Shown one piece after another: positions 39,831-51,254 of a DNA stretch of 64,000 nucleotides. The DNA comes from an uncultured cyanobacterium (GTDB lineage Bacteria > Cyanobacteriota > Cyanobacteriia > Pseudanabaenales > Pseudanabaenaceae), in contig OY969811.1 in NCBI GenBank assembly GCA_963703315.1, forward strand, positions 2,592,001 to 2,656,000, read 5' to 3'. The notes under the pieces were generated by a model that saw nothing but the letters and a program-made list of their open reading frames with translations, was not told the DNA's origin and searched no databases. The translations under genes and the position numbers were made by a program. Numbering within the stretch: position 1 is the stretch's first letter; every line of letters starts with the position of its first letter.

Positions 39831-40196
39831 TTAGAATTCGAGACCTGCTTCGCGGGCTGCTTCAGCGAGAGCTTGGACTCTTCCATGATAGAGGTTGCCA
39901 CCGCGATCAAACACGACTCTGGTAATTCCCTTGGCGATCGCTCTTTCGGCAATCAAAGCACCGACCTTAGCCGAAGCTTCAGAATTAGCGGTAGAACTGC
40001 TGCTCTCACGGATATCAGATTCGAGGGTGGAAGCCGCAACGATGGTATGTTGGGCGACATCATCAATCACCTGCGCCACAATGTGATTGTTAGAACGATA
40101 AATCGAAAGACGAGGGCGATCGGCACTGCCTGATAGCCCTTTACGAATACGCTTATGGCGACTTATGGTTGCTTGTCTACGACTATTAGCACTCAT
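39831..40196 (-). CDS. rplR: 50S ribosomal protein L18
   Basis: [22 protein letters not shown]. Confidence 0.97.
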   Translation of the reverse strand: MSANSRRQATISRHKRIRKGLSGSADRPRLSIYRSNNHIVAQVIDDVAQHTIVAASTLESDIRESSSSTANSEASAKVGALIAERAIAKGITRVVFDRGGNLYHGRVQALAEAAREAGLEF

Positions 40197-40263
40197 GTTT
40201 TTTATATATGAAGGTTACGAAAATCAAAAAGATTAAATAAAGAAGTTAATAAAGTTATTAACC

Positions 40264-40827
40264 TTACTTCTTACCAGTCTTACCAGCCTTGCGTCTGACA
40301 AATTCACCGAGGTAACGAATGCCCTTACCTTTGTAGACTTCAGGAGGACGTACAGCCCGAATTTTAGCTGCTAAGTTACCAACGATTTCCTTGTCAATAC
40401 CTTCAACGACAATAAACGTACCTTGAGGGACTTTCTTGCCAGAAGCATCTTCAACGCCGAGGGAAACTCCTGTAGGAGGCACAATATCAACAGTATGGCT
40501 ATAGCCAACAGTTAAAACGATATTGTTTCCATTCAGGTTGGCGCGATAACCAACCCCTTGAATTTCTAGCTTGCGTTGAAAGCCAGTGGATACACCTTCG
40601 ACCATATTCGCAACGAGGGTGCGGAATAGACCATGTTGCTGACGAGCAGGACGGGATTCATTAGCACGATTAACAATCAAGGTGTTTTCTTCTTGCAGCA
40701 CTTCTACTGTGTTGGGTAGGACGCGCTTGAGTTCGCCTTTAGGTCCTTTGACTGTCACCTCTTGCCCTGCGATAGAGACCGCAACCTTAGGAGGCAGAGG
40801 AATCGGGCGTTTTCCAATACGAGACAT
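40264..40827 (-). CDS. rplF: 50S ribosomal protein L6
   Basis: [22 protein letters not shown]. Confidence 0.97.
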   Translation of the reverse strand: MSRIGKRPIPLPPKVAVSIAGQEVTVKGPKGELKRVLPNTVEVLQEENTLIVNRANESRPARQQHGLFRTLVANMVEGVSTGFQRKLEIQGVGYRANLNGNNIVLTVGYSHTVDIVPPTGVSLGVEDASGKKVPQGTFIVVEGIDKEIVGNLAAKIRAVRPPEVYKGKGIRYLGEFVRRKAGKTGKK

Positions 40828-40871
40828 ATCTGTTTTCCTTTGCTTGTGATGTTTCTAGTGTTTTTACTGAG

Positions 40872-41273
40872 TTACCAGATATAGCAAAGAACTTCACCGC
40901 CGACTCCTTGTTTGCGAGCTTCGCGATCGGTCAAGATGCCTTTGGAGGTGGAGATAATGGCAATGCCGATTCCACCTAATACACGGGGTAATTCTTTGGA
41001 GTTTGAGTAAACCCGTAAACCGGGTTTGCTGACGCGCTTGAGGCGTTTGATAATTGATTGACGATTTTTGCCTTCGTACTTGAGAGAAACAACTAAGTGG
41101 CGATCAATATTTTCGCCAGTTTCTTCAAAATCTGCAATAAAACCTTCTTGCTTGAGTACTCGAGCGATGCTTACCGTCAACTTTGTGGCAGGAATTGCCG
41201 TTGTTTGATGCTTCGCAAGTGTGGCATTGCGAATGCGGGTAAGCATATCCGAGATGGTGTCGTTGGTAGCCAT
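40872..41273 (-). CDS. rpsH: 30S ribosomal protein S8
   Basis: [26 protein letters not shown]. Confidence 0.97.
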   Translation of the reverse strand: MATNDTISDMLTRIRNATLAKHQTTAIPATKLTVSIARVLKQEGFIADFEETGENIDRHLVVSLKYEGKNRQSIIKRLKRVSKPGLRVYSNSKELPRVLGGIGIAIISTSKGILTDREARKQGVGGEVLCYIW

Positions 41274-41296
41274 CCTTATCTCCTAATTCGATCTAC

Positions 41297-41842
41297 TTAT
41301 GATTCTCTAAATGGCACACCGACTGCTTTCAGGAGCGCACGTCCTTCTTCATCAGTTTTGGCAGTGGTGATGATGGAAATATCAAGCCCCCGAATTTGCT
41401 CAATACTGTCGTAGCTGATTTCGGGGAAGATAAGCTGTTCGCGGACACCGAGAGTATAGTTGCCACGTCCATCAAAGCTCTTGGGGCTAACACCGCGAAA
41501 GTCACGGATGCGAGGTAGTGAGAAGTTGATTAGACGATCCAAGAAGTTATTCATCTTGTCACGACGTAATGTCACGACAATACCAACGGGCATTCCTTGA
41601 CGCAGCTTGAAACCTGCGATCGCTTTCTTAGCTCTAGTTACCACGGGCTTTTGACCAGCGATCGTCGCAATTTCGATTAATGAAGCTTCTAGAGACTTAG
41701 CGTTCTGAGCCGCTTCACCAAGACCACGATTGATCACTACCTTTTCAAATTTGGGAACTTGATGGATATTGGTGTATTTGAACTGTTCCATCAATTTAGG
41801 AACAGCTTGATTTTTATAGACTTCGGCGAACCTTGTTAGCAT
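41297..41842 (-). CDS. rplE: 50S ribosomal protein L5
   Basis: [16 protein letters not shown]. Confidence 0.97.
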   Translation of the reverse strand: MLTRFAEVYKNQAVPKLMEQFKYTNIHQVPKFEKVVINRGLGEAAQNAKSLEASLIEIATIAGQKPVVTRAKKAIAGFKLRQGMPVGIVVTLRRDKMNNFLDRLINFSLPRIRDFRGVSPKSFDGRGNYTLGVREQLIFPEISYDSIEQIRGLDISIITTAKTDEEGRALLKAVGVPFRES

Positions 41843-41889
41843 TTTATCTTCCTCGATGAGTTTTCCTGGGCTTGGTCAGGTTTCTAGAA

Positions 41890-42273
41890 TTATTTCTTGT
41901 CAGTTTTGACAGAATCGATGATTTCGCCAGTTTTTTTAAGTAATCTCACCTTTTGACCTTCTTCAGTAAAGGTAAAAGCAGAGCGACTAGCGACTTTTTC
42001 TTTTTCGGAATACAACAGCACTTTAGAACTGTGGATTGGAAACTCGCGGGTAATGATTTGTCCAGACTCGCCATCAGCTTGAGGCTTTACGTGCTTAGTC
42101 TTAACATTGACACCTTCAACAATGATGGTGCTGTCTTTAGGAAAAACTTGGAGAACCTTACCAACGGTTCCTTTGGAACTTCCTGAAATCACTTGGACAA
42201 CATCGTCTTTGCGGACATGAATCTTAAAAGATTTACGGTTTCCGCGATACTTAGGTTTGGGTTTAAAGGGCAT
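41890..42273 (-). CDS. rplX: 50S ribosomal protein L24
   Basis: VQVISG..KGTVGKV, VEGVN, PIHSSKV. Confidence 0.95.
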   Translation of the reverse strand: MPFKPKPKYRGNRKSFKIHVRKDDVVQVISGSSKGTVGKVLQVFPKDSTIIVEGVNVKTKHVKPQADGESGQIITREFPIHSSKVLLYSEKEKVASRSAFTFTEEGQKVRLLKKTGEIIDSVKTDKK

Positions 42274-42641
42274 TACAGTACCTCTGGCGCTAGGGAGATA
42301 ATTTTAGTGAAGTTTTTATCCCGCAACTCACGCGCAACTGGACCAAACACACGCGTTCCTTTGGGATTGCCGTCTTGGTTAATGATTACAGCAGCATTGT
42401 CATCAAAGCGAATTCTCATACCGCTTTCACGGTTGATCGATGCTTTGGTACGCACAATTACGGCACGGACAACATCAGATTTTTTGACTGGCATATTGGG
42501 GGCTGCGTCTTTGACAGTGGCGATAATGACATCACCTACGCCGCCAAAGGCACGGTTGCCACCCGCTAGTACGCGAATACATAGTAGTTTTTTGGCTCCA
42601 CTATTATCCGCTACGTTCAGATAAGACTCTTGTTGAATCAT
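42273..42641 (-). CDS. rplN: 50S ribosomal protein L14
   Basis: [21 protein letters not shown]. Confidence 0.98.
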   Translation of the reverse strand: MIQQESYLNVADNSGAKKLLCIRVLAGGNRAFGGVGDVIIATVKDAAPNMPVKKSDVVRAVIVRTKASINRESGMRIRFDDNAAVIINQDGNPKGTRVFGPVARELRDKNFTKIISLAPEVL

Positions 42642-42644
42642 GGC

Positions 42645-42896
42645 TTATGCTTCCGAGCTAGATGAGAGAACCTCTACAACTTCCCACCGCTTTGTCCGAC
42701 TAAGGGGGCGGGTTTCCCGAATTTTGACGCGATCGCCTTCACGGGTTTTGTCTTCTTCATCGTGGGCTTTAAACTTAGTCGTTTTGACCACGATTTTTCC
42801 ATATTTAGGGTGAGAAGTACGGTTTTCGACCGCTACAACCACCGTTTTTTGCATTTTGTCGCTGACGACAACGCCAACTTTTTCTTTAACTGCCAT
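42645..42896 (-). CDS. rpsQ: 30S ribosomal protein S17
   Basis: [22 protein letters not shown]. Confidence 0.97.
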   Translation of the reverse strand: MAVKEKVGVVVSDKMQKTVVVAVENRTSHPKYGKIVVKTTKFKAHDEEDKTREGDRVKIRETRPLSRTKRWEVVEVLSSSSEA

Positions 42897-42929
42897 TGCT
42901 AAAATTCCTATATTTTGTAAATAGCTTTC

Positions 42930-43133
42930 TTAAGCTCTGGACTGACGTTCGCGCTCGACAGTCATCAGTTGAGACAAACGATGCTTTGCGTGCTTGAACT
43001 GATGGGGCTGCACAGGCTGTCTAGTTGCTTGCTTAAAACGCAAATCAAATAGCTCTCTCTTGACGGTCAAGATCTGTGCTTGCAGTTCATCATCAGATAA
43101 CTCTCTAGTTTCTTGGACTTTTGGGAGTGCCAT
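42930..43133 (-). CDS. rpmC: 50S ribosomal protein L29
   Basis: [22 protein letters not shown]; start corrected to 43133. Confidence 0.95.
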   Translation of the reverse strand: MALPKVQETRELSDDELQAQILTVKRELFDLRFKQATRQPVQPHQFKHAKHRLSQLMTVERERQSRA

Positions 43134-43137
43134 ATTC

Positions 43138-43551
43138 TTACTCCTTCTCGCGGATAACAAATCTGGTTTTGATCGGCATTTTGGCTGCGGCAAGACGAAT
43201 CGCCTCTCTGGCAGTTTCCTCACTAACACCTGCGACTTCAAATAAAATCCGACCAGGTTTCACAACGGATACCCAATACTCAGGAGCGCCTTTACCAGAA
43301 CCCATACGGGTTTCCGCAGGACGCAAGGTTACAGGTTTGTCTGGGAAAACACGGATCCAGATTTTACCGCCGCGACGGATATAGCGGTTCATGGCACGGC
43401 GAGCAGCCTCGATTTGACGAGCCGTAATCCAAGAAGGCTCTAGAGCCTGCATAGCGAAATCACCGAAGTTGATTTCAGCACCTCTAGTAGCAGGCCCCGC
43501 CATACGACCGCGTTGCTGCTTACGAAATTTTGTACGTTTAGGACTTAACAT
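43138..43551 (-). CDS. rplP: 50S ribosomal protein L16
   Basis: [18 protein letters not shown]. Confidence 0.98.
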   Translation of the reverse strand: MLSPKRTKFRKQQRGRMAGPATRGAEINFGDFAMQALEPSWITARQIEAARRAMNRYIRRGGKIWIRVFPDKPVTLRPAETRMGSGKGAPEYWVSVVKPGRILFEVAGVSEETAREAIRLAAAKMPIKTRFVIREKE

Positions 43552-43577
43552 GGTTCAAAACTCTAGATGACAGAAGT

Positions 43578-44324
43578 TTATCCTTCAGCGCTAGAACGAT
43601 CCTCAAATTGGGGACGACGTTGCTGGCGACGACGGGGTTGAGCGGCTGGAGCAGGTGCTTCTTCGCCTTGGATGATTTCGCCTTTAAAGATCCAGACTTT
43701 GATGCCAATGACACCATAGATGGTTCTTGCGGTTTTATAGCTATAGTCGATATCAGCGCGAAGTGTATGCAAAGGAACACGGCCCTCACGCACCCATTCG
43801 GTTCTCGCAATTTCAGCACCGTTGAGACGACCACTGATCTGTACCTTGATTCCTTCGATGCCAGCCCGTTGCGCTCTTTGGATTGCTTGGCGTACAACAC
43901 GACGGAAGGAAACACGACGTTCGATTTGTTGACCGATGTATTCAGCAATTAAAGGAGCTTCTGCATCAACTCTAGTTACTTCGGTAACATTGACTCGAAC
44001 TTGGCTAGTACCTGTCTTCTTGAGAGAGCCGTCTTGTTCAAGATGCTTGACTAGTCCGACACGCAATTGTTCGATACCAGCTCCACCACGACCGACAACT
44101 ACACCAGGGCGGGCAGTGCGAATTTCGAGATCAACTTGATCAGCTTTACGATCAATCAAGATTTCGGCAATACCTGCGTTGCTCAAGGTTTTTTCAATGT
44201 ACTTACGGATCTTGTGATCTTCTTCAGCCAAGATACCGTAGCGATTGACATCAGCGTACCAACGCGAAAGATGGGACTTGGTGATACCAAGGCGTAACCC
44301 TGTTGGGTGAATCTTCTGACCCAT
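43578..44324 (-). CDS. rpsC: 30S ribosomal protein S3
   Basis: [23 protein letters not shown]; start corrected to 44324. Confidence 0.97.
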   Translation of the reverse strand: MGQKIHPTGLRLGITKSHLSRWYADVNRYGILAEEDHKIRKYIEKTLSNAGIAEILIDRKADQVDLEIRTARPGVVVGRGGAGIEQLRVGLVKHLEQDGSLKKTGTSQVRVNVTEVTRVDAEAPLIAEYIGQQIERRVSFRRVVRQAIQRAQRAGIEGIKVQISGRLNGAEIARTEWVREGRVPLHTLRADIDYSYKTARTIYGVIGIKVWIFKGEIIQGEEAPAPAAQPRRRQQRRPQFEDRSSAEG

Positions 44325-44326
44325 AC

Positions 44327-44683
44327 CTATGCTTCCTCCGATGGTTTGACGGTAATCGTAATGTGGCAAGTAGGCTTACGGATTTGGTAAGCACGACCTT
44401 GAGCGCGGGGACGGAAGCGTTTGAGGCTAGGTCCTGCATCAGCAAAGGCTTGACCAACTATTAGGGTGGCAGGATCAAGACCTGCATTATGTTCTGCATT
44501 AGCTACAGCCGATCTCAATACCTTCGTAATGTATTCGGTGGAGCGATAGGGCATGAATTCAAGAATTACTAGTGCTTCGCGGTAGCTACGACCACGGATT
44601 TGGTCGAGGACTCGGCGCACCTTGTGAGGCGACGAGCGAATATATTTGGCTACGGCAGGGATTTCGTTTTGAGCGAGGATCAT
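44327..44683 (-). CDS. rplV: 50S ribosomal protein L22
   Basis: [18 protein letters not shown]. Confidence 0.97.
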   Translation of the reverse strand: MILAQNEIPAVAKYIRSSPHKVRRVLDQIRGRSYREALVILEFMPYRSTEYITKVLRSAVANAEHNAGLDPATLIVGQAFADAGPSLKRFRPRAQGRAYQIRKPTCHITITVKPSEEA

Positions 44684-44698
44684 TTTTTAGTTACCTAC

Positions 44699-44977
44699 CT
44701 ATCTCTTGGCTTTTTTATCGCTCTTGGCATGACCACGGAAGGTGCGGGTGGGAGCAAACTCACCGAGTTTGTGTCCTACCATTTGTTCAGTGACATATAC
44801 AGGAACGTGTTGTTTTCCGTTGTGACAAGCAATGGTATGCCCAATCATTTGCGGAAGAATTGTGGAAGCACGTGACCATGTTTTGATAACTTGCTTTTCG
44901 CCTTTAGCGTTAAGCTTTTCAATTTTGGTCAGTAGATGATCGGCAACAAAGGGACCTTTTTTTAGCGATCGCGTCAT
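44699..44977 (-). CDS. rpsS: 30S ribosomal protein S19
   Basis: [20 protein letters not shown]. Confidence 0.98.
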   Translation of the reverse strand: MTRSLKKGPFVADHLLTKIEKLNAKGEKQVIKTWSRASTILPQMIGHTIACHNGKQHVPVYVTEQMVGHKLGEFAPTRTFRGHAKSDKKAKR

Positions 44978-45039
44978 AATCTGTACTCTCTGTAAAAACT
45001 TTGAATATATATTTTCCCGCTAGGCGGGGAAATATATTA

Positions 45040-45903
45040 TTAGGCGTTACGTCCGCCTTTACCGCGCTTCGAGGACTTGCGACGGCGACGAACAATTAGG
45101 GCATCACTAACTTTCTTCTTCTTGCGAGTCTTATAACCCAAGGTTGGTTTACCCCAAGGAGTAACAGGACCACTGCGACCAATAGGGGCGCAACCTTCTC
45201 CACCACCATGAGGGTGATCGACAGGGTTCATGACCATACCTCTAACTTTAGGACGGCGGTTCAACCAACGGCTGCGACCTGCCTTACCGAGGCTAGTGTT
45301 ACTGTGATCAAGGTTTCCTACTTGCCCGATCGTGGCGTAACCTTCTTTGCGAACTAAACGTACTTCGGTAGAAGGAAGCTTGAGGGTAACAAAATCACCT
45401 TCTTTAGCTGCAATTTGAGCGCCAGCGCCAGCAGAACGAACGATTTGACCACCCTTACCAGGAGTCAATTCCACATTGTGTACAATCGTACCTAGGGGAA
45501 TATTAGCTAGGGGAAGAGCATTGCCAATTTCAAAGGGTGCGTTTTCGCCAGCTTGAATCTTGTTTCCAACCGCGATGCCTTTGGGAGCAAGAATATAGCG
45601 CTTTTCGCCATCTTCGTACTGCACAAGGGCAATGCGTGAAGTGCGGTTAGGATCGTACTCGATCGCAATTACTTCCGCGACGATATCCCGTTTGTTGCGT
45701 TTGAAATCGATGATCCGATACAAGCGCTTGTGACCACCGCCACGTCTACGGCTGGTAATTACACCACGATTGTTACGACCTCTTTTACGATGGACGTGAG
45801 TGGTTAAAGACTTTTCGGGTTCTGATTTTGTAATTTCCGCGAAGTCCGAAACAACGGTTTGTCTGGTACTTGCGGTATAGGGTTTATATGCACGAACGCC
45901 CAT
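45040..45903 (-). CDS. rplB: 50S ribosomal protein L2
   Basis: [20 protein letters not shown]. Confidence 0.98.
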   Translation of the reverse strand: MGVRAYKPYTASTRQTVVSDFAEITKSEPEKSLTTHVHRKRGRNNRGVITSRRRGGGHKRLYRIIDFKRNKRDIVAEVIAIEYDPNRTSRIALVQYEDGEKRYILAPKGIAVGNKIQAGENAPFEIGNALPLANIPLGTIVHNVELTPGKGGQIVRSAGAGAQIAAKEGDFVTLKLPSTEVRLVRKEGYATIGQVGNLDHSNTSLGKAGRSRWLNRRPKVRGMVMNPVDHPHGGGEGCAPIGRSGPVTPWGKPTLGYKTRKKKKVSDALIVRRRRKSSKRGKGGRNA

Positions 45904-45960
45904 AATTGCCTGATGTTGTTGGTGAAACTAATTTGAGAATTAAACGCTTATAACTATGGG

Positions 45961-46275
45961 TTATAACTCTGGGAATAATTCGATTTTGCTGCCTTCCGCA
46001 AGAGTGACAACTGCGCGTTTAATTTGAGCGCGTTTACCTGCGAATTTACCAATCCGACGCGCTTGTGCGGGTGGGTTGTGGGTATTTACTTTCTTGACTT
46101 TGACCGAGAAAAGACTCTCGATCGCCGCTTTGATTTCAGGCTTAGTAGCATCATGAACAACATCAAAGGTGTATTTGTTGTTCTCTAGTTGTCGAGTTGC
46201 CTTTTCATTGAGCAGAGGGCGACGAATGAGGTCGGGCAAGCGACGGGGATCAAATTCGGTGGGAATCTTAGCCAT
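45961..46275 (-). CDS. rplW: 50S ribosomal protein L23
   Basis: [25 protein letters not shown]. Confidence 0.96.
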   Translation of the reverse strand: MAKIPTEFDPRRLPDLIRRPLLNEKATRQLENNKYTFDVVHDATKPEIKAAIESLFSVKVKKVNTHNPPAQARRIGKFAGKRAQIKRAVVTLAEGSKIELFPEL

Positions 46276-46302
46276 ATTTTTCTTCTTTTTCCTTAAAGAC
46301 CG

Positions 46303-46974
46303 TTATTCTGCGTCTTCGACCGTGATGATCTCGGTTGCCAACTTCGCATCGCCACCATATACTTCTTGGATTTTAGCGATCGCCGAGCGAGTAGCCACAA
46401 TCTTATGAGCATTAACAATGTCGAAAATATTCAGTTGATCCGCCGCAATTAGTTGGAGATTTTTGATATTTCTGGCTGACAAAACGACATTCTCGTCCTT
46501 CTGTGCCGTAATTACCAAAGTCTTGCTACCTGTAACCACTCCCCAACGCTCAAGAGCTTGAGTGAGTTCTTTGGTTTTGGGCTGGACTAAATTTACAGCA
46601 AAATCTTCAACCACAATTAAATCAGCAGCACGACCTGTGAAGGCTGTACGGAGAGCCAAACGGCGCTCTTTGCGATTCATCTTGGTGTCATAATCTCTGG
46701 GCTTAGGTCCAAAAATTGCACCACCACCACGGGTTAAAGGCGATCTGGTTGAACCCGCACGAGCGCGACCAGTTCCTTTTTGACGAAAAGGCTTACGACC
46801 ACCACCACGAACCTCAGCACGGGTTTTGCTGCTGGCTGTGCCTTGGCGGGCATTGGCTAGTTGTCTGACGAGGGCGCGGTGAACCAGTCCTTTTGCAGTT
46901 GCTTCTTTAGCAACCCGCAATTCGAGGGTAACTTCACCGACTTCCTTCCCTGTCCAATCTTTTACTATAGGCAT
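46303..46974 (-). CDS. rplD: 50S ribosomal protein L4
   Basis: [22 protein letters not shown]. Confidence 0.97.
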   Translation of the reverse strand: MPIVKDWTGKEVGEVTLELRVAKEATAKGLVHRALVRQLANARQGTASSKTRAEVRGGGRKPFRQKGTGRARAGSTRSPLTRGGGAIFGPKPRDYDTKMNRKERRLALRTAFTGRAADLIVVEDFAVNLVQPKTKELTQALERWGVVTGSKTLVITAQKDENVVLSARNIKNLQLIAADQLNIFDIVNAHKIVATRSAIAKIQEVYGGDAKLATEIITVEDAE

Positions 46975-47083
46975 AACTTAAACTCTCTCGATCTCACGAA
47001 CAAAATACTTACAGCATTTAGCTGCTAGAAGAGCAAACTTATTTTAAGAATTGTGCAAAGCAAAATTCTTAAAATATCTGGTT

Positions 47084-47725
47084 TTACTTCGCCTTACCGA
47101 TGATGACGGTAGGAATGACGTTAAGCAACGCACCAGGTTTACCAGGAACGGCTCCTTTAATTAACAGCACATTGTTCGCTGCATCGACTTTGACTATAGT
47201 GAGTTTCTTGACAGTGATTTGCTTACCGCCAAGACGACCAGCCATGCGCTTACCAGGGTAAACACGACCAGGAGTAGTACCTGCACCAGTCGAACCAGGT
47301 TGTCTGTGGTTTTTAGAACCGTGAGCCATCGGACCGCGACCAAAGTTGTGACGCTTTTGATAACCAGCGAAACCTTTACCAATGCTCGTTCCAATCACAT
47401 CAACGATGTCGCCATCCTTGAATTGACTAACATCAAGGGTTTGTCCGATGGTGTACTCACTAACGTTATCGAGACGATATTCACGTAAATGCTTAACTGG
47501 CTCTGCACCAGATGCTTTCAAATGTCCCAATTCTGGCTTAGTTAAAAGCTTTTCACGGGTGACACCATAACCAACTTGAATCGCTTTGTAGCCTTCTTTG
47601 GTATCTGTTTTAACTTGGGTCACAGTGATAGGACCTGCATGGACAACTGTTACAGGAACAGCGTTACCATCCGAATCGAATACTTGGGTCATCCCAAGTT
47701 TTGTGCCGAGAATTCCGACAGTCAT
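47084..47725 (-). CDS. rplC: 50S ribosomal protein L3
   Basis: [23 protein letters not shown]. Confidence 0.98.
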   Translation of the reverse strand: MTVGILGTKLGMTQVFDSDGNAVPVTVVHAGPITVTQVKTDTKEGYKAIQVGYGVTREKLLTKPELGHLKASGAEPVKHLREYRLDNVSEYTIGQTLDVSQFKDGDIVDVIGTSIGKGFAGYQKRHNFGRGPMAHGSKNHRQPGSTGAGTTPGRVYPGKRMAGRLGGKQITVKKLTIVKVDAANNVLLIKGAVPGKPGALLNVIPTVIIGKAK

Positions 47726-48091
47726 GAAAATTTAGCTCCGCTTGCTTGTGGCTGCAAATGATTGTTTTGCAGATTTTTGACAGGCTCAAAAGAGATCGGT
47801 TTCGATCTTAGTAAGAAGTATGGGTGTTGAAGACGGGTTAAGGGGCTTCGAGACGACTTACAGCAGATGTCTAGCCAAATTGCTAGACGTGAGAAACACA
47901 ATCTCTTGGGTTGGTTGTTATAGATGAGAGTTTTTGAATAGCTCTACTTGCTCTATACCAGTGCGTGACTCAGACTTAAGAAATCAAGAGGTTGCTTGGT
48001 TTGCTTAGTTTCTGTTTTTAGTCACGATTAGCAATCATAACTTGATGGGATGTACTTTGTCTATAGTTTTTTGGAAAAACTTAAAAAACTT

Positions 48092-48130
48092 GCTGTAATG
48101 TTTGGCTGCAATGTTTGGCTGCAATATTTG
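48092..48130. repeat. 3 x 13-bp tandem repeat in the rplC/phytochrome divergent region
   Basis: GCTGTAATGTTTG GCTGCAATGTTTG GCTGCAATATTTG. Confidence 0.8.
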
Positions 48131-48402
48131 AAAAAAGCGATCGCTAAATTATTAATTAAGATTATTCAAACTGAGAAGAACGAATGTCGGTGCAAAACGC
48201 CGCCACTCGTTCTTCTCGGATAAATACTAAATGAGTGGCTAAGATATGCATATAAGACCATGTATCATAGACCTGTAGGATACAGATGGCTAAAGTTGAG
48301 TAACCGATTAGTGGGGAAGCGTAAGTCAACTGTATTTTTCTAAAAATACTATTCAGTTGGTTTGTTTACGGTTGCGGTGATTTAGTCAGCGAGAGAATAA
48401 GG

Positions 48403-51246
48403 ATGAAGATAATACAGTCTGAACCTTCCGATAGTGCAGTAGAAATCACTTATAGGAATTGCTACCTCCAGCAGATTCATTTGTTGGGACATATTCAGCC
48501 CCACGGAATTTTGCTTGGTCTGAAGGAGCCAGAGATGGAAATTGTTCAGATTAGCGATAATACGCTTCAGTTCTTTAATATTCCTGCTAAATCTTTACTT
48601 AATAAACCTCTAAGTGTTCTGTTTTCCCAGTCTCAGGTTAATAATCTACTATCTTTTGTGTCGCATAAAGATTTGGAAATATTTAATCCGATTGAACTAA
48701 CTGCACAGATTAAGAGAAAGAAATATCTATTTCAAGGATTGATGCATCGTTCTGATGGTTTACTAATTTTGGAATTAGAACCATTAATTAAGGATATAGA
48801 TTCTAATATCGATTTTTATCATTTGTCAAAATTAGCAGCAGTCAATGTCAGAAAAGCCCAAGACTTTGGAGAAATGACCAATTTATTGGTTCAGGAAATC
48901 CAGAAAATCACTGAATATGATCGTGTTTTGATCTATAAATGTGATTCAGATGGTAGTGGAGAAGTGATTGCCGAGGCTAAGTCTGATGAGCATTTAGAGT
49001 CTTTCTTGGGATTACATTATCCTGCTTCGGATATTTCTGATATCGCCCGTCAACTGTATTGCAAAAATTGGCTGCGGATTATTGTGGATATCAATTACCA
49101 GCCCGTACCCATCATTCCATCTCAAAATCCCGTCACTCACAAAACTCTTGATCTCAGTCTCAGCATCCTGAGAAGTGTTTCTCACTTTCATGTTAAGTAC
49201 TTGCAGAAATTAGGAGTTTCTGCTTCTTTAGGGATCTCTTTGATCAATGCTGATAAATTATGGGGACTAATTGTTTGTCACCATTACTCTCCTAAATATA
49301 TTGGCTATGAAACGAGGAAAGCCTGTGAATTTCTTGGACAAATTATGTCTGTGGAAATCGTGAATAAGCATGAGCAATATCTCAAAAAAGCTCAACAAAA
49401 TATTAAAGTCATTCAAGCTAAGCTAAAGCAAAATATTCTGGATAGCTATCAATCTGACAATCATCAGAATTTTATTCAAGATACTAATGATTTACTAGAG
49501 TTAGTCAATGCTGAGGGAGCCGTTATTTGTCTAGGCGATCGCCTATCGCTAGTAGGTCAATGTCCTGAGCATAAATGTATTCACGACTTGGTTGCATGGC
49601 TGGATAATAGATCTCAGGATATTTTGCATACCAATGCGCTGAGCGAGATTTATCCTGAGGCGATCGCTTTGAAGGATGTTGCTAGTGGGCTATTAGCAAT
49701 TTCTATTTTGCTACATCATACTTCCTATCATATTATTTGGTTTCGTCCTGAAGTAATTCAAACCGTTAATTGGGCAGGCGATCCTAAAAAGCTTCTTAAC
49801 TATGATGAATTTAATCCTATCGATCCTATTGATGATGATGAGTTTAATCCATCGCCCTATCGTTCTTTTGCATTATGGAAAGAAACTGTAAGAGGGCAAT
49901 CTTTACCTTGGGATGAGGTGGAAATTGAAGCAGCTTTAGAGTTAAGAAGTACATTGATGCTTGCCGCTTTGGAGTTTTCACAACAGGCTTTGAAAGAAGA
50001 AGCAAAACGCTCAGAAGTAGCAAATCAAGCTAAAAGTAGTTTCTTAGCAAGGATGAGTCATGAATTGCGAACTCCTTTAAATGCAATTTTGGGATGCACG
50101 CAGTTAATAGCCCATGAACAAGCTTTAACAAGTGATATTGGAGAATATGTAAATATCATTAGCTATAGCAGTGAGCATTTACTCAACTTAATTGATGACG
50201 TTTTAGAAGTATCCAAAATTGAAGCTGGGAAGATTGTTCTCGAAGAAACAGAATTTGATTTGCATCTGTTACTCAATAATTTGCAGGAAATGTTGCAGAT
50301 TAAAGCAAGGGGTAAGAAGTTACAGTTGATTTTTGCCATACATCCTAGTTTGCCTCAATATATTAAGACTGATGATCGAAAAGTTCGCCAGATTTTGTTA
50401 AATCTACTAGGTAATGCGATTAAATTTACTAGCAAAGGTTATGTAATTCTGCGGGCATCTCTAGAATCTATCGATCCTGCTTTAAAGAAAGCTACTATCC
50501 ATTTCGAGATAGAAGATACAGGACGAGGTATTGCTCCAGAAGAGATTAACAGTCTTTTTGAAGCATTTGTACAAACTGCTTCGGGCAGAGAGTCACAGAC
50601 TGGAACAGGTTTAGGTTTAGTGATTAGCCAACAGTTTGCTCATTTTATGGGAGGACATATTACCGCTAGTAGTACTTTGGGTAAAGGATCGATTTTTCAG
50701 TTTGATATTGCAGTTGAAACATTACCAAATATATCTAAGCAAGAACTGAACAGTGACAACAGTGACATTGTAGTAAAGGAAGATAATATTTCTCAAGAGT
50801 CTCCTGAATCAGTTTTTTCACCAACAAATATATCAAAGGAAATTAATTTAAAAAAGCCTGATGACATGAGTTCTAAATCCTTGCGAATTCTTTTAGCTGA
50901 GGATAATTCATTTAATCAAATGATTGCGTTGAGGTTGTTGGATAAGCTTGGATATAAGGCAGATTGTGCGGTAAATGGATTAGATGTTTTAAGAGTATTA
51001 GAGCAGAAGTCCTACGATTTGATCTTAATGGATATCCAGATGCCAGAGATGGATGGATTGGAAGCAACTCGCCAAATTCGTCTGAAGGAGAAAAATGATG
51101 CTGTTGAGAAGATTAAGATTGTGGCGATGACAGCGAATGCGATGGCAGCAGATCGTGAAAAATGTTTGCTAATTGGAATGGATGATTTTATTAGCAAGCC
51201 TGTCAGGATGGACGATCTAGCTATGGTGCTGAAAAAATTTAGTTAA
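48403..51246 (+). CDS. Phytochrome-like hybrid histidine kinase (PAS-GAF-PHY-HisKA-HATPase-REC)
   Basis: IQPHG, YDRVLIY, LGLHYPASDI, LWGLIVCHH, WAG, SHELRTPL, LMDIQMP. Confidence 0.9.
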   Translation: MKIIQSEPSDSAVEITYRNCYLQQIHLLGHIQPHGILLGLKEPEMEIVQISDNTLQFFNIPAKSLLNKPLSVLFSQSQVNNLLSFVSHKDLEIFNPIELTAQIKRKKYLFQGLMHRSDGLLILELEPLIKDIDSNIDFYHLSKLAAVNVRKAQDFGEMTNLLVQEIQKITEYDRVLIYKCDSDGSGEVIAEAKSDEHLESFLGLHYPASDISDIARQLYCKNWLRIIVDINYQPVPIIPSQNPVTHKTLDLSLSILRSVSHFHVKYLQKLGVSASLGISLINADKLWGLIVCHHYSPKYIGYETRKACEFLGQIMSVEIVNKHEQYLKKAQQNIKVIQAKLKQNILDSYQSDNHQNFIQDTNDLLELVNAEGAVICLGDRLSLVGQCPEHKCIHDLVAWLDNRSQDILHTNALSEIYPEAIALKDVASGLLAISILLHHTSYHIIWFRPEVIQTVNWAGDPKKLLNYDEFNPIDPIDDDEFNPSPYRSFALWKETVRGQSLPWDEVEIEAALELRSTLMLAALEFSQQALKEEAKRSEVANQAKSSFLARMSHELRTPLNAILGCTQLIAHEQALTSDIGEYVNIISYSSEHLLNLIDDVLEVSKIEAGKIVLEETEFDLHLLLNNLQEMLQIKARGKKLQLIFAIHPSLPQYIKTDDRKVRQILLNLLGNAIKFTSKGYVILRASLESIDPALKKATIHFEIEDTGRGIAPEEINSLFEAFVQTASGRESQTGTGLGLVISQQFAHFMGGHITASSTLGKGSIFQFDIAVETLPNISKQELNSDNSDIVVKEDNISQESPESVFSPTNISKEINLKKPDDMSSKSLRILLAEDNSFNQMIALRLLDKLGYKADCAVNGLDVLRVLEQKSYDLILMDIQMPEMDGLEATRQIRLKEKNDAVEKIKIVAMTANAMAADREKCLLIGMDDFISKPVRMDDLAMVLKKFS

Positions 51247-51254
51247 TTTAGGAC

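Noticed and set aside
39448..44875. Many antisense ORFs over ribosomal protein genes
   Set aside because: Shadow ORFs of highly biased genes with no recognisable motifs.
36314..47725. Absence of rpsJ, rpsN and rpmD from the cluster
   Set aside because: Normal for cyanobacteria.
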